Positions 46,564 through 56,249 of a DNA stretch of 64,000 nucleotides are shown here, piece by piece. Source of the DNA: a bacterium (lineage in GTDB: Bacteria > UBA8248); assembly GCA_965207065.1 (NCBI GenBank), contig OZ242260.1, forward strand, positions 1,888,001 through 1,952,000, given 5' to 3'. Numbering within the stretch: the first letter of the stretch is position 1; every line of letters begins with the position of its first letter. The translations under genes were made by a program, and so were the position numbers. Under the pieces are notes generated by a model that was not told the DNA's origin, did no database searches, and saw nothing but the letters and a program-made list of their open reading frames with translations.

Positions 46564-47379
46564 ATGCCTCACAAGGATCCGGAAACCAGGCGCGCCTATG
46601 AGCGCGAACGCCACAGGAGAAGCGCGGCCGAGCGCCGCGCGCGGGGCATGTGCCCCAGGTGCGGCAAACATCCTCCCGTGCCCGAGCGAAGCCTCTGCGC
46701 GAACTGCCTCGAGAGAGGACGCAAGTCCGAACAAGCCCGATACGCCAGAGCCAAATCAGAGGGTACTCGATATGGCGGGCGGGATCCCGAGAGCCGCCGG
46801 CGCATGGCGCGGGAGAGGAACAGGAGGCGAAGACGCGAACGACGCGAGGCGGGCCTCTGTGCGATGTGCGGACGGCAGGCGCCCGTTGTAGGAAGCGCGG
46901 TCTGCACGCCCTGCCGCGAAGAACGCCGGGCGGCCGAGAGGAAGCTCTACGCCGAAAGGCGCGCCGGGGGGCGATGCGGACGGTGCGGGGCGGAAGTAAT
47001 CGACAACGCTTCTACTTGCGCTTCGTGCACCGCAAGGGATTCGAAGCGCCGTCCGCGCAAGAACGCCGCGAGCCGGGCACGCTATCATGCAAGGCGCGCT
47101 CGCGTGGCATTTGTTGACTGCTCATCGCCGACTGATGGAGCTGCCAGGTGCGCCCGTTGCGCTTCGCGCTCCTGGCACTCCTCGGGCGTGCACAGGGGGA
47201 TGCCCGTCCATCCACCACGCTACACAGTTGTGGAGCTCGCCACGGGTATCGAGCACGGACCGTTGGACTCCTGGGAGGAGGTGGCGATGTGCCTCGCCTT
47301 CGCGAAACTCTCCCGGGAGGAGGTCGAGGTGGTTGAGGATATCTCCGTGATGGCGAAACTCACCGCGGCTCCCTGGTGA
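46564..47379 (+). CDS. Arg-rich protein with repeated CxxC zinc-ribbon modules
   Basis: CPRC/CANC, CAMC/CTPC, CGRC/CASC, FVDC/CARC separated by Arg-rich helices. Confidence 0.7.
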   Translation: MPHKDPETRRAYERERHRRSAAERRARGMCPRCGKHPPVPERSLCANCLERGRKSEQARYARAKSEGTRYGGRDPESRRRMARERNRRRRRERREAGLCAMCGRQAPVVGSAVCTPCREERRAAERKLYAERRAGGRCGRCGAEVIDNASTCASCTARDSKRRPRKNAASRARYHARRARVAFVDCSSPTDGAARCARCASRSWHSSGVHRGMPVHPPRYTVVELATGIEHGPLDSWEEVAMCLAFAKLSREEVEVVEDISVMAKLTAAPW

Positions 47380-47522
47380 GCGCGCCTGCACATGCAGCCG
47401 TCCGCCCGACGGCGGGGGCCGGAACCGAGCGGGGAGGGAGGGTACGGCGTCGCCCTGCTGCGCAGCCGGCCGGCCGCCGACGGAGGGTCAGACCCGGCCG
47501 GGGAGGGAGGGTTTGACGACCG

Positions 47523-47939
47523 TCACCGGAACGGACCGCGAAACCTCCGGCTCTCCGGTCGTCGTGACGAGGGGGCGAATCCCGGGCCGCGGGGCCGCGG
47601 CGTGAGCCGCCACGCCGCCAGCCAGACCGGAAGAGAGACCAGGATCACCTGAACGCCGACGGGCAGCGCACCGGGGAGGTCCGCCACAGCGGCGGCTCCT
47701 AGCGCCAACCACGCCACCAGGGCGGGACCCGGATAGCCCGAGCGGGCCAGCCTCCGGCAGGCGAGCGCCAGCGGCAGGCCGAACGGAGCAACCGCCGGCA
47801 ACTCCATGAGCGAGGAGGGTGTCATCACCTGCTCCGCTGAGCCCGTGCGCAGAACCTCGCCCGCAATCATCCCCGCCGGCAGCCACAGGAGCGCCGGTAA
47901 CCAGAACCTGAATCTTCCCGTGCGCCTTCGTCCGTCCAT
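47523..47939 (-). CDS. Hypothetical membrane protein
   Basis: GAGG RBS; 3-4 hydrophobic segments. Confidence 0.45.
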   Translation of the reverse strand: MDGRRRTGRFRFWLPALLWLPAGMIAGEVLRTGSAEQVMTPSSLMELPAVAPFGLPLALACRRLARSGYPGPALVAWLALGAAAVADLPGALPVGVQVILVSLPVWLAAWRLTPRPRGPGFAPSSRRPESRRFRGPFR

Positions 47940-48123
47940 GCCTCATCCGACAATAATTCAGGGCCCGATGCAAGGGCAGGCGCGTTCCGTGAGCGCTCCC
48001 CGCCGGATGAAGACCTCCCCTCGAGAGTGAGAGTGAAGCGGAGAGCCGGGCAAATGCCCGGTAGGGAGAGGGAGACGGTCTCCAGTTCCCGCCGCCGGCG
48101 ACAACGCGAGAGGAGGCCTGGCC

Positions 48124-48258
48124 ATGTACGAGAACGACTACGACGTCGACATTCCCACCGCAGATGAGTTGCTCGCAGAACTCGGACTCGACGCGTACAC
48201 GATCCGCAAGCTGCGCGACGAGGCGCAAGGCGAGACGGAGGAGTTCTGTAGCGTTTAG
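48124..48258 (+). CDS. Small acidic protein (44 aa), absent from the ORF track
   Basis: AGGAGG RBS; MYENDYDVDIPTADELLAELGLDAYTIRKLRDEAQGETEEFCSV. Confidence 0.6.
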   Translation: MYENDYDVDIPTADELLAELGLDAYTIRKLRDEAQGETEEFCSV

Positions 48259-48336
48259 GGCGAACCGGGGGGCGGAGAGAAAGGATTTCCGGCTCCTCGA
48301 CTTTATCATCCACACTACACTTCAAGGAGAATCAAA

Positions 48337-48777
48337 ATGGCATTCGGACTCAACAGAGCGGAACTGATCGGGCGTCTCGGCGCCGACGTCACCATCAACC
48401 ATCTCGCGAGCGGCGGACGCGTCGCCAACCTCTCGATCGCCACCGACGAGGGCTACGTCGACAAGCAGAGCGGCGACCGGGTGGACAAGACCGAGTGGCA
48501 CCGGGTCGTGACCTTCCAGCCCGGGCTGGTCGACATGTTCGAGAAGCACGCGAAGAAGGGACGCCTGGTCTACGTCGCGGGCAAGCTCCAGACCAGGCGC
48601 TGGAAGAAGGACGAGGAAGACTCCGATCGCTTCTCCACCGAGATCCTCGTAGCACCTGGCGGGCGGGTGCAGTTCCTGGAGAAGATGAACGGGAATGGAA
48701 ATGGCAACGGCGCGCACCCCGAGACGGCTGACGTGACGGCCACCGCGGGCGTAGTGGGCGAAGACATTCCATTCTGA
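48337..48777 (+). CDS. ssb: Single-stranded DNA-binding protein (mobile-element type)
   Basis: LNRAELIGRLGAD, KTEWHRVV, GKLQTRRW, C-terminal EDIPF. Confidence 0.95.
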   Translation: MAFGLNRAELIGRLGADVTINHLASGGRVANLSIATDEGYVDKQSGDRVDKTEWHRVVTFQPGLVDMFEKHAKKGRLVYVAGKLQTRRWKKDEEDSDRFSTEILVAPGGRVQFLEKMNGNGNGNGAHPETADVTATAGVVGEDIPF

Positions 48778-48785
48778 ACACGACA

Positions 48786-48814
48786 AGGGCCGGCGCTACG
48801 GCGTCGGCCCTTTC
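48786..48814 (+). terminator. Probable terminator after ssb
   Basis: AGGGCCGGCGC-TACG-GCGTCGGCCCT followed by TT. Confidence 0.6.
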
Positions 48815-49407
48815 ATTTTGCTGTCGACCCGGAGTAAGCCTCCCCTGGCCCGAGAAGAAGGATGAACACCCGGCCATGGACGAGACCCTCGCCTTTCCCG
48901 CCCTGCAGCCCCCCTCATCTACCGGGAACACCCGGAAAATCTCCGGTTCCGTGAACGGCAAACCATGTTCACGGAAGATCGGCAGGAACGCTGCAATCAT
49001 TCCATATTCAGGGCAGTGGCTCGGTCCACCCCCCGCTGCGGGAATTTCGGGCCGAATAACGGCCCGAAATGACCCTCTCCGCAGCATGAGAGATTGTTTC
49101 CCGATGAGCTTCGCCTTCATCGTGAAACACCCAAAAACTCTTGTGTCCCGGTGGCGGTACTAGTGTCTCTCTCTTAGCGTCCTCATTTTAGCACGAACGC
49201 CGGGCGAATAAAGGGTGGCCGCAGGCGGCCATCATTTGCCGGTGCCCCCCAAAAAACGATGAGGCGTGTTTTTCGGGAACCCCCCGGAAAATGACGAGCC
49301 CTTGATTCGCCCGCCTACGGGCATCGGCAACACCGCCCGATGCCCTTACGTGCTGAAAATGAGGCGCTAAGAAGCATATCCGTTAACTCTCTGGAAAGGA
49401 GAAAGGC

Positions 49408-49779
49408 ATGGAAACCACCGTGGTGAACCTGAACACATATGTCGATGAACCCGGCAGCGGCCTGCTGGTGAGGATCGACCGCATGACGAAGTGGGGAAAT
49501 CCCTTCCGGGTCGGTACCGACGGCGACAGAGAAGCCGTCATCGAGAAATACCGGCGTTGGCTGTGGGAAAAAATTCAGCGCGAGGAGCTGGACCTCCACG
49601 AACTCGCCGACCTCCAGGGCTGCGAGCTCGGCTGCCACTGCCGGCCCCTCCCGTGCCACGGCGACGTCCTCGCGCGCGCCGCCGAGTGGGCAGCCGGGTA
49701 TCTCGACGAGATGCCCAAAGACGTGGGGCGCAACGAGCGTGGCTACGCTCTTCCCGAATTCAACCATCCCCTCGCTTGA
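49408..49779 (+). CDS. DUF4326 domain protein
   Basis: IDR.TKWGNPF, REAVIEKYR.WL, LGCHCRPLPCHGDVL. Confidence 0.88.
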   Translation: METTVVNLNTYVDEPGSGLLVRIDRMTKWGNPFRVGTDGDREAVIEKYRRWLWEKIQREELDLHELADLQGCELGCHCRPLPCHGDVLARAAEWAAGYLDEMPKDVGRNERGYALPEFNHPLA

Positions 49780-49800
49780 GGACTACCAAAGGAGTGAACG

Positions 49801-50754
49801 ATGACCGCTACACACGACCACAAGGAGAGCACCATGTTCGAGAACGATCACAACGATGCCCAGCATGAATCCTTCACCGCCATGGTCTGCGAGCAGGCCG
49901 CCCTGTTCGGCGCGACTCCCGGGCCGGATGAGTTCGACAACCGCCCCGTGTGGGACGAAGCAGAGGCGACCGCCGCCGTCATCAGGGCCTTCGGCGCACT
50001 CGCGGAAGCCGCACCCGACGGAACGCAACTCGCGGATGAGCGAAGAAACCTTCTCTGGGGCTTCGTCAACACCCTGAACGCCCAGGTACAGCGCCTCGAC
50101 CGCGCCGCCGACAAGCTCATCCCCGGGGTCCGTGAACTGCAGCGCGAGCAGGACGGCTCCGAGATCCGCTCCCGCGAACTCGAACTCATGACCGACCGCG
50201 CACAGAACCTGAATGACCGGCGCGATGCGTTCGAGGGGCTGCGCGACACGGCCGCAGAGGCCTACCGCATCGAGACCGGCGAGGTATGGCGGCCGAGGCG
50301 AGGATCACACGTCAGCCAGACCGGCAAGCTCACATCGGCGGTGATCGAGGCGCGCGACTTCCAGCGAGCCAGAAAAGACCGCGCGAGCACGGCCCATCTT
50401 CCCCAGGGAACGCTCGTCGCCGTCGCGGGTGGCAAGGAGGCGAACGATGCGGGCAAAATCATCGCACATCTCGACCGCCTCAAGGCCAAGTACGCCGACG
50501 TCGTCCTCGTCCACGGCGGCGGCCCGGGCGCCGAGAAAATCGCGGCGGGATGGGCCGAGCGCAACGGCGTCCACCAGGTCGTCTGCAAGCCCGACTGGGA
50601 CGCGCACGGTCGGGCCGCTCCCTTCAGGCGCAACGACGAGCTGTTAAACCTACTGCCCAAGGGCGTGATCGCGTTCCCGGGCAGCGGCATCACCGACAAC
50701 CTCGTCGACAAAGCTAAAACCCTCGGCATACCCGTGCAACGCGTGGCCGCTTGA
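49801..50754 (+). CDS. DUF2493/SLOG (YspA-like) domain protein
   Basis: VAVAGGK, LVHGG.PGAEKIA..WA, PDW..HGRAAPFRRN, IAFPG.GIT.NL. Confidence 0.85.
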   Translation: MTATHDHKESTMFENDHNDAQHESFTAMVCEQAALFGATPGPDEFDNRPVWDEAEATAAVIRAFGALAEAAPDGTQLADERRNLLWGFVNTLNAQVQRLDRAADKLIPGVRELQREQDGSEIRSRELELMTDRAQNLNDRRDAFEGLRDTAAEAYRIETGEVWRPRRGSHVSQTGKLTSAVIEARDFQRARKDRASTAHLPQGTLVAVAGGKEANDAGKIIAHLDRLKAKYADVVLVHGGGPGAEKIAAGWAERNGVHQVVCKPDWDAHGRAAPFRRNDELLNLLPKGVIAFPGSGITDNLVDKAKTLGIPVQRVAA

Positions 50755-51468
50755 TGCGAACACTCCTCGGGTCGCGTCGCCATCCCACCCGGCGGCGGCG
50801 CGGCCCGTTGCGACCCGTCGACCATCGCTCGCGCCACTTGCGCCGGCAACGATGAAGACTCCACCGGTCTTGCCGCAGGAACATCTCCCCGCATTGCTCC
50901 TCGCGCTCAATCGCCGCGGCGGCTCCCGCTCGCCATTCTCACCGGCATGATTCCCCTCGACTCGCGTTCCCAAGAATCCCTGCGCTAGCCGCCCTTCGGC
51001 GTTTCTTTCAGTACACCGGACGCAGCGGGCTGCAGTGTTCCGGCATACGACGACCTGGCTGCGATTCCGTCTCCTGTGGACGACACGGGGCGCCGGGCGC
51101 ATGGCGGATCGAATGTATGCTCATAGCATACACGCCCTTTCTTATCCCCGAGGGCGCATGGCTGCGCATGTCGCGCACGGATACCGGATCCGTCGCAATC
51201 GGTGGCGTTTCGTAACACGATGTATTACGGTCCGTATTACGTTTGTATGCTCCCTATTCCGGCCTTTTTGCGGCACGACGGGGCCGCCACCTGTGCGGAG
51301 CGCTCTCTCGCAGATGGCCGCAAGACCCTGAATACGGGACGTTGAATCAAGCGTAGACGGCCCCGGAAAAGCCCGGGTTTTCGCCCCGAACCAAGCCGTC
51401 GGAACCCGGAAACGGCGAGCGATGCGGTCCGTATCGCCACCCGATCTTGTCCTGAGTAAGCGAAAAAG

Positions 51469-51855
51469 ATGACGCGAACCGACCCGAATCAGCCCGGAAA
51501 GGGCAAAAAGCAGGCGGAAAAACCGGGCGAACCGAGAGCGCCGCACTCGGTTCGCTTCACCGGTACGGAATGGAAATTGATTAAACGGGCCGCCGAGTTG
51601 CACGGCATCCCGGCCGGTGAACTCGTACGCAACGGCGCGATGGCCGCCGCCGAGGAGCTGCTCGGCGAACCTCCAAAGGCCACCCTGTCGCACGGACATG
51701 CCGCCTTCATCGAGACCGTCTACCGCATGGTCTACGTGATGGCGACCCTGGATCGGGGACGAATGATCGACGCCGGGCGCGGGAAAGAGCTCGATGACCT
51801 CATCGCCGCGGCCCGCAGGACGATGGACGAGACCATGGACGAAGGCACAGGGTGA
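51469..51855 (+). CDS. Ribbon-helix-helix-like protein (possible relaxosome accessory)
   Basis: 'PHSVRFTGTEWKLIKRAAELHGIPAGELVR' beta-helix-helix pattern next to the relaxase remnant. Confidence 0.6.
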   Translation: MTRTDPNQPGKGKKQAEKPGEPRAPHSVRFTGTEWKLIKRAAELHGIPAGELVRNGAMAAAEELLGEPPKATLSHGHAAFIETVYRMVYVMATLDRGRMIDAGRGKELDDLIAAARRTMDETMDEGTG

Positions 51856-51946
51856 ATGCAGAGGGCGGCGCGATGCGTGCGTAAGCCGGTTTATCGGTTG
51901 CGAATTTGTTGCAAGAACCCGTGAATCAGGCCCGGTCGGACCGCGT

Positions 51947-52450
51947 TCAGAGTCCCAAGTCCATCTCGATCCGCTTCCCGCGGCCGGGTTCGGGCGCCTT
52001 CGCGCGCGGCATTTCCCGTCCGTTTTTCATGCCCGGGGAAGAGGAATCGGCCAGCTCCCGCTCCGTAGTTTCGCGCTCGTGTAGCGCCTTCGCGTCGAGC
52101 CCGGGCTGCGGACGGACGGATTCATCGATGCCCTCGAGTGCCGAGATGCGCTCGCCGGTCACGGTTTCGAGCCGTTCCCTGAGCGCCTTCGCGTCGTCGG
52201 TGACGAGTTCGGCCCTGTCCCGGGCGCGCGATATCTCGACGTAAAACGCTTTCGCCGTGGTCAGTTGGGGGTGGTTCGCCTCCATCGCGGCGATGACGCC
52301 CTCGACCGTGCGCCCCTGAAAGGCGTGCACGGTCGAGGCCCAAGCGCGGTCGAGATGGCGCAGTTGCGGGTCGCCCTGGGTCAGTGTGAGCTTGCGGCCT
52401 TCCTCGAGGGTGAACATCACCCGTCCGTTCCGGACCCCCGAGACCTCCTC
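51947..52450 (-). pseudogene. C-terminal remnant of a conjugative relaxase-helicase (TrwC/TraI-like)
   Basis: HLDRAWASTVHAFQGRTV, FYVEISRARD helicase motifs; 5' part replaced by IS1380. Confidence 0.85.
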
Positions 52451-53521
52451 GGTGAGCAGAAGGGCACGGCCTATAACGGCCACTTCGGCTGCACCTGCTA
52501 TCACCCGCTGTTCGTGTTCAACCAGTTCGGCGACCTGGAGCGTTGCGCGCTGCGCCCCGGCAACGTGCACAGCGCCCACGGATGGCGTGATGTCCTGGTA
52601 CCGGTGGTCGAACGTTACAAGGGACGAGCCATCCGCCTCTACTTCCGCGGCGATGCGGCCTTCGCCTCACCGGAGATCTACGACTACCTCGAAGCAGAAA
52701 GCATGCTCTACGCCATCCGGCTGCCCGCCAACAAGGTGCTGCAAGAGAGCATCGCTCATCTCCTGAAACGCCACGTCGGCAGGCCGCCCAAGGACGTGCG
52801 CCGGTATCATGCCAGCTTCAGTTATCAGGCCGGAACCTGGGGCAAGCCCCGCCGCGTCGTCGCCAAGGTCGAGTGGCATCCGGGTGAGTTGTACCCGCGG
52901 GTTGGGTTCGTTGTCACCAACTTGGGCCGCCCCACCGAGCGGGTGGTTGCGTTCTACAATCAGCGCGGCACGGCTGAGCAATGGATCAAGGAGGGCAAGA
53001 ACGCGATCCGGTGGACACGCCTTTCGTGCCGCAAGTTCGACCACAATGCCGTTCGCCTCAAGCTTCACGGGCTTGTCTACAACCTCGGCAACTTCATGCG
53101 CACCCTCGCGCTGCCCGATGCCGTGGAACAGTGGTCACTGACCAGCCTGCGATAGAAGGTCATCAAGATCGGAGCGGAGATCGTGCGCCACGGGCGCTAC
53201 GTCACGTTCCAGATGGCCGAGGTTGTCGTTCCTCGTGACCTGTTCGCCGACATCCTGCGCCGTATCGACCGGCTCAGACCGCCGCCAGCCCCGGCATGAG
53301 CGATGGCATCCTGTTCCTTCGGGTCGCCGCCGACAAGATCGGTGCGCCTGGACCGGACCGGATCGCCGGCAAGAATGCCATTCCGGGCCACCAATGCCGC
53401 CACTTGGTGCCCAATCATCCGGATCGGCGCGAAGATGGTCGTCATTCGAAGGCGAATTGCACGTCGAGCGGTTTCGAGTCACACTCAATGGGCTGGGAGG
53501 GTTCCATATGGGGAATCCCGG
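52451..53521 (+). mobile_element. IS1380 family element, 5'-truncated; transposase remnant to 53299 with internal TAG at 53153
   Basis: AYNGHFGCTCYHPLF, LRPGNVHS, RGDAAF, FYNQRGTAEQWIKEGK; right end CATATGGGGAATCCCGG. Confidence 0.88.
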
Positions 53522-53586
53522 TCAACATCGGCCGTTAGCGCGAAAACGTCTTTCTGTCGAACACGTGGAGAGAGCAAAGGAAACCC

Positions 53587-54543
53587 ATGAATGAGTCATC
53601 CCAGAAACCGGACCCGGAAGAGGCGAACAATGCTCCGACCCCTAGAATCGTCAATGTGAATGACGACAAGTCATATGAGGATTTTGTGTACAAGTCGGTG
53701 CTGGCTACATGCAAGCTGTTCTACTTGCTGGAGTCGGTACAGACAGCACCGGATCTGAATCCGGATTCATTGGATTTTGCGCCGGGTCCACTCTCGGTGG
53801 CGTTGGAATTGCGGCCCGTGAACAAAGCCTCCGATCCTGCCAGCATATGGGGAGTGGAAGGAATGCTTGTGCAACTGGCCTATGTTGGCTGGATGGCCGA
53901 GATCGATGGCGCATGGACAAAGTACAGGGAATCTGAACCGCACGGAGACAGCGGCAACCTGAAACACGGCATAGAAACGGAATTGATGGGCGATTTCCGC
54001 AAGGTTCGCAACGATATAGTCAAGAATGGAGCTATTGCCAAAAGCCAGACCGGCAATTGCAAGGTTCTGAATTGGTTCAAGAAAGGAGAACCGATTATCC
54101 TGGGAGTACGCCATGTCGTCGACTTTCTGCACAAGCTGGGAGCGTGGTACGGAAATGACATGATCCATGCTCGGACAAGCAGTTGGCTGAAGTGGCATTT
54201 CCGTGCTGACGGCTGGAGGTCTTCCACGATCGTTTCGCATCGCGTGGAAATCGAGCAGCAAGACGGAATATGGCTGTTGCTTCTGAGCGTTGCATTCGCG
54301 GACGGCGTGTGTGGCTGTTACGCTATAGAGACCGCCAAGACAGCCGATGAATTGAAACCGCGGTACAACCGGTTGAAGGCTGCTGGATCATGCAATTACA
54401 GTCTTGTTCTTGACGACGGTGAGGAATTGCCACTTTTCGAGTTCCATGAAAAAGCCCGGGAGGATTTTCTGTCGGGTAAGAGGGTCAATCACCTGTGGAC
54501 GATTCCGATGAAGGTCCGCGACAGAAGGGAAGCCACGACATAG
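53587..54543 (+). CDS. Hypothetical protein
   Basis: 318-aa ORF with AAGGA RBS; no family confidently recognised. Confidence 0.65.
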   Translation: MNESSQKPDPEEANNAPTPRIVNVNDDKSYEDFVYKSVLATCKLFYLLESVQTAPDLNPDSLDFAPGPLSVALELRPVNKASDPASIWGVEGMLVQLAYVGWMAEIDGAWTKYRESEPHGDSGNLKHGIETELMGDFRKVRNDIVKNGAIAKSQTGNCKVLNWFKKGEPIILGVRHVVDFLHKLGAWYGNDMIHARTSSWLKWHFRADGWRSSTIVSHRVEIEQQDGIWLLLLSVAFADGVCGCYAIETAKTADELKPRYNRLKAAGSCNYSLVLDDGEELPLFEFHEKAREDFLSGKRVNHLWTIPMKVRDRREATT

Positions 54544-54829
54544 TCGGCTTGTCCGCGGCGACGGGGCATCCTGCGGGCAACCCGATGCCGAACCAGTACG
54601 TGGTTTACGACTGAAGGTCATTCTCACAGTTCCTTGCCGAATCGTTTGCCCTCCGCCGAAGGCGATCTCGTTGACAGTCAGCGCCTCGTCGACGGTCTCG
54701 TCGGAGGTCTGGTGCTCGTAATGGGAATACAGTGTTCACTTGATGATGGGTTCTCTACGCTTCGTGCAGCCCTCGTCTGTTGGGGGCTTGGAAACAGATC
54801 ACTGCCGTTTGCGTCAGGAGGTATTGAGG

Positions 54830-55096
54830 ATGAACAACCGCAATCTGGTTCTGTCGGCAACCGAATGTGCGTACACGCCAACGCATGCATTGCTCGCCAA
54901 GGAGTCCGATCCGGACGCGCAATTCTCGACGTCTATCACGGTGTCTAGTGGTCCTTACGAGCCGACGGCAGCTATGCTTGCGAAAGAATTGCGATTTCGG
55001 AAGCGTCACATGTATTCTGTCCTGAAAGCCAATGCCGAACATGATCGCACCCCGTATCTGCCATCCCGAGAGATGCTCGCAAAGGAGGTGCGCTGA
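54830..55096 (+). CDS. 88-aa peptide with three [AP]YxP[TS]xx[ML]LAKE repeats
   Basis: AGGAGG RBS; repeats conserved in amino acids but divergent at synonymous codon positions. Confidence 0.75.
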   Translation: MNNRNLVLSATECAYTPTHALLAKESDPDAQFSTSITVSSGPYEPTAAMLAKELRFRKRHMYSVLKANAEHDRTPYLPSREMLAKEVR

Positions 55097-55173
55097 GACC
55101 GGCGGCTTCAAGAGAGCCTATTATTCGATGCACGGACCAGGTGGCCGGTTGAGTGCCAATGAGGGGGTAACCG

Positions 55174-56249
55174 ATGTCGATACGTAAGAGCGTACGCAAT
55201 CTGAGTGATGCCGAGCAAGACGAATTCGTCAGCGCAGTTCTCGCTCTGAAGAACGAAACCAGCACGGTCATGCCGGGTTTCAATACCTACGACACCTACG
55301 TCGCGTGGCACGTGCGTGCAATGGCGAACTCGACGCCGTGGGCGAGTGACGACCCAAACGATCCATCCCCCACCAGTCGCAATTCAGCGCACCGCGGACC
55401 CGCGTTCTTGCCTTGGCATCGTGAGTTCCTGCGTCGGTTCGAGGCCGATCTTCAGCGTATCTCCGGCAATTCGGACTTAGCGATTCCATACTGGGACTGG
55501 GAGAACGACAGCACGTTTCCGGCATTCCTCGGTGGGGACGGAGCTCCGCTATTGGCTCCGATCGGCCAACAAAGCCTCAGAGCCTCGTACTGGTACGGGA
55601 TCAGGAACCCATCCGGTACGTCAGGACGTATTTGATGGCGGTCGCCGAGGGACCGTTTCGGGGATGGCTCGACGATCACGGAAGCCCTCTCGGATGGCTA
55701 GCCGTCGACGGGAACGGAGCGGCGGTTGGTCCGTTGCAACGCGCTTTCGGCACCCAGGAAGTTGCTAGGCGGGATCCGGTCACGCGGCTGCCGGTTCTTG
55801 ACCCTGCAACCGGCCAGGTGGCCATGGGACCCGTCATATTGCCTACGTCCCAGGACGTTCAGCATGCACTTGGAATCGCGGAATACGACGCTCCTCCATG
55901 GGATGAGGACGGAAGGTTAGAGAGCTTCCGCAACGTCTTGGAGGGTTGGTGGCGCGGGCCCCGTTTGCACAACCAAGTCCACGTTTGGGTAGGCGGCTCC
56001 ATGGGTCCCGGTACGTCGCCAAACGATCCAATTTTTTTCTTGCATCATTGCAACGTCGACAGGCTGTGGGCTGAGTGGCAAAGGATGCACCCCTCGGCCG
56101 ACTATCAACCGCAAAGCGGTGGTCCACCGGGGCACAACGTGGAAGACCTGATGTTCCCGTGGGACGGAGTCAAGACGCCCGATACTGTAAGACCGCGGGA
56201 CATGCTTGATCTTGGAGGCGTCGTCTATGAGCCGCCACTAAGCCGGTAG
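55174..56249 (+). pseudogene. Tyrosinase, split by one -1 frameshift between about 55540 and 55635 (real lesion or sequencing error)
   Basis: CuA region WH..AH.GPAFLPWHR and PYWDW in the first ORF; CuB region LHNQVH, TSPNDPIFFLHH.NVDRLW in the second. Confidence 0.88.

Noticed and set aside
53153-53155. Pyrrolysine or other readthrough at the in-frame TAG in the IS1380 transposase
   Set aside because: The element is already 5'-truncated, and a GAG>TAG nonsense change in the 'LREK' motif explains it.
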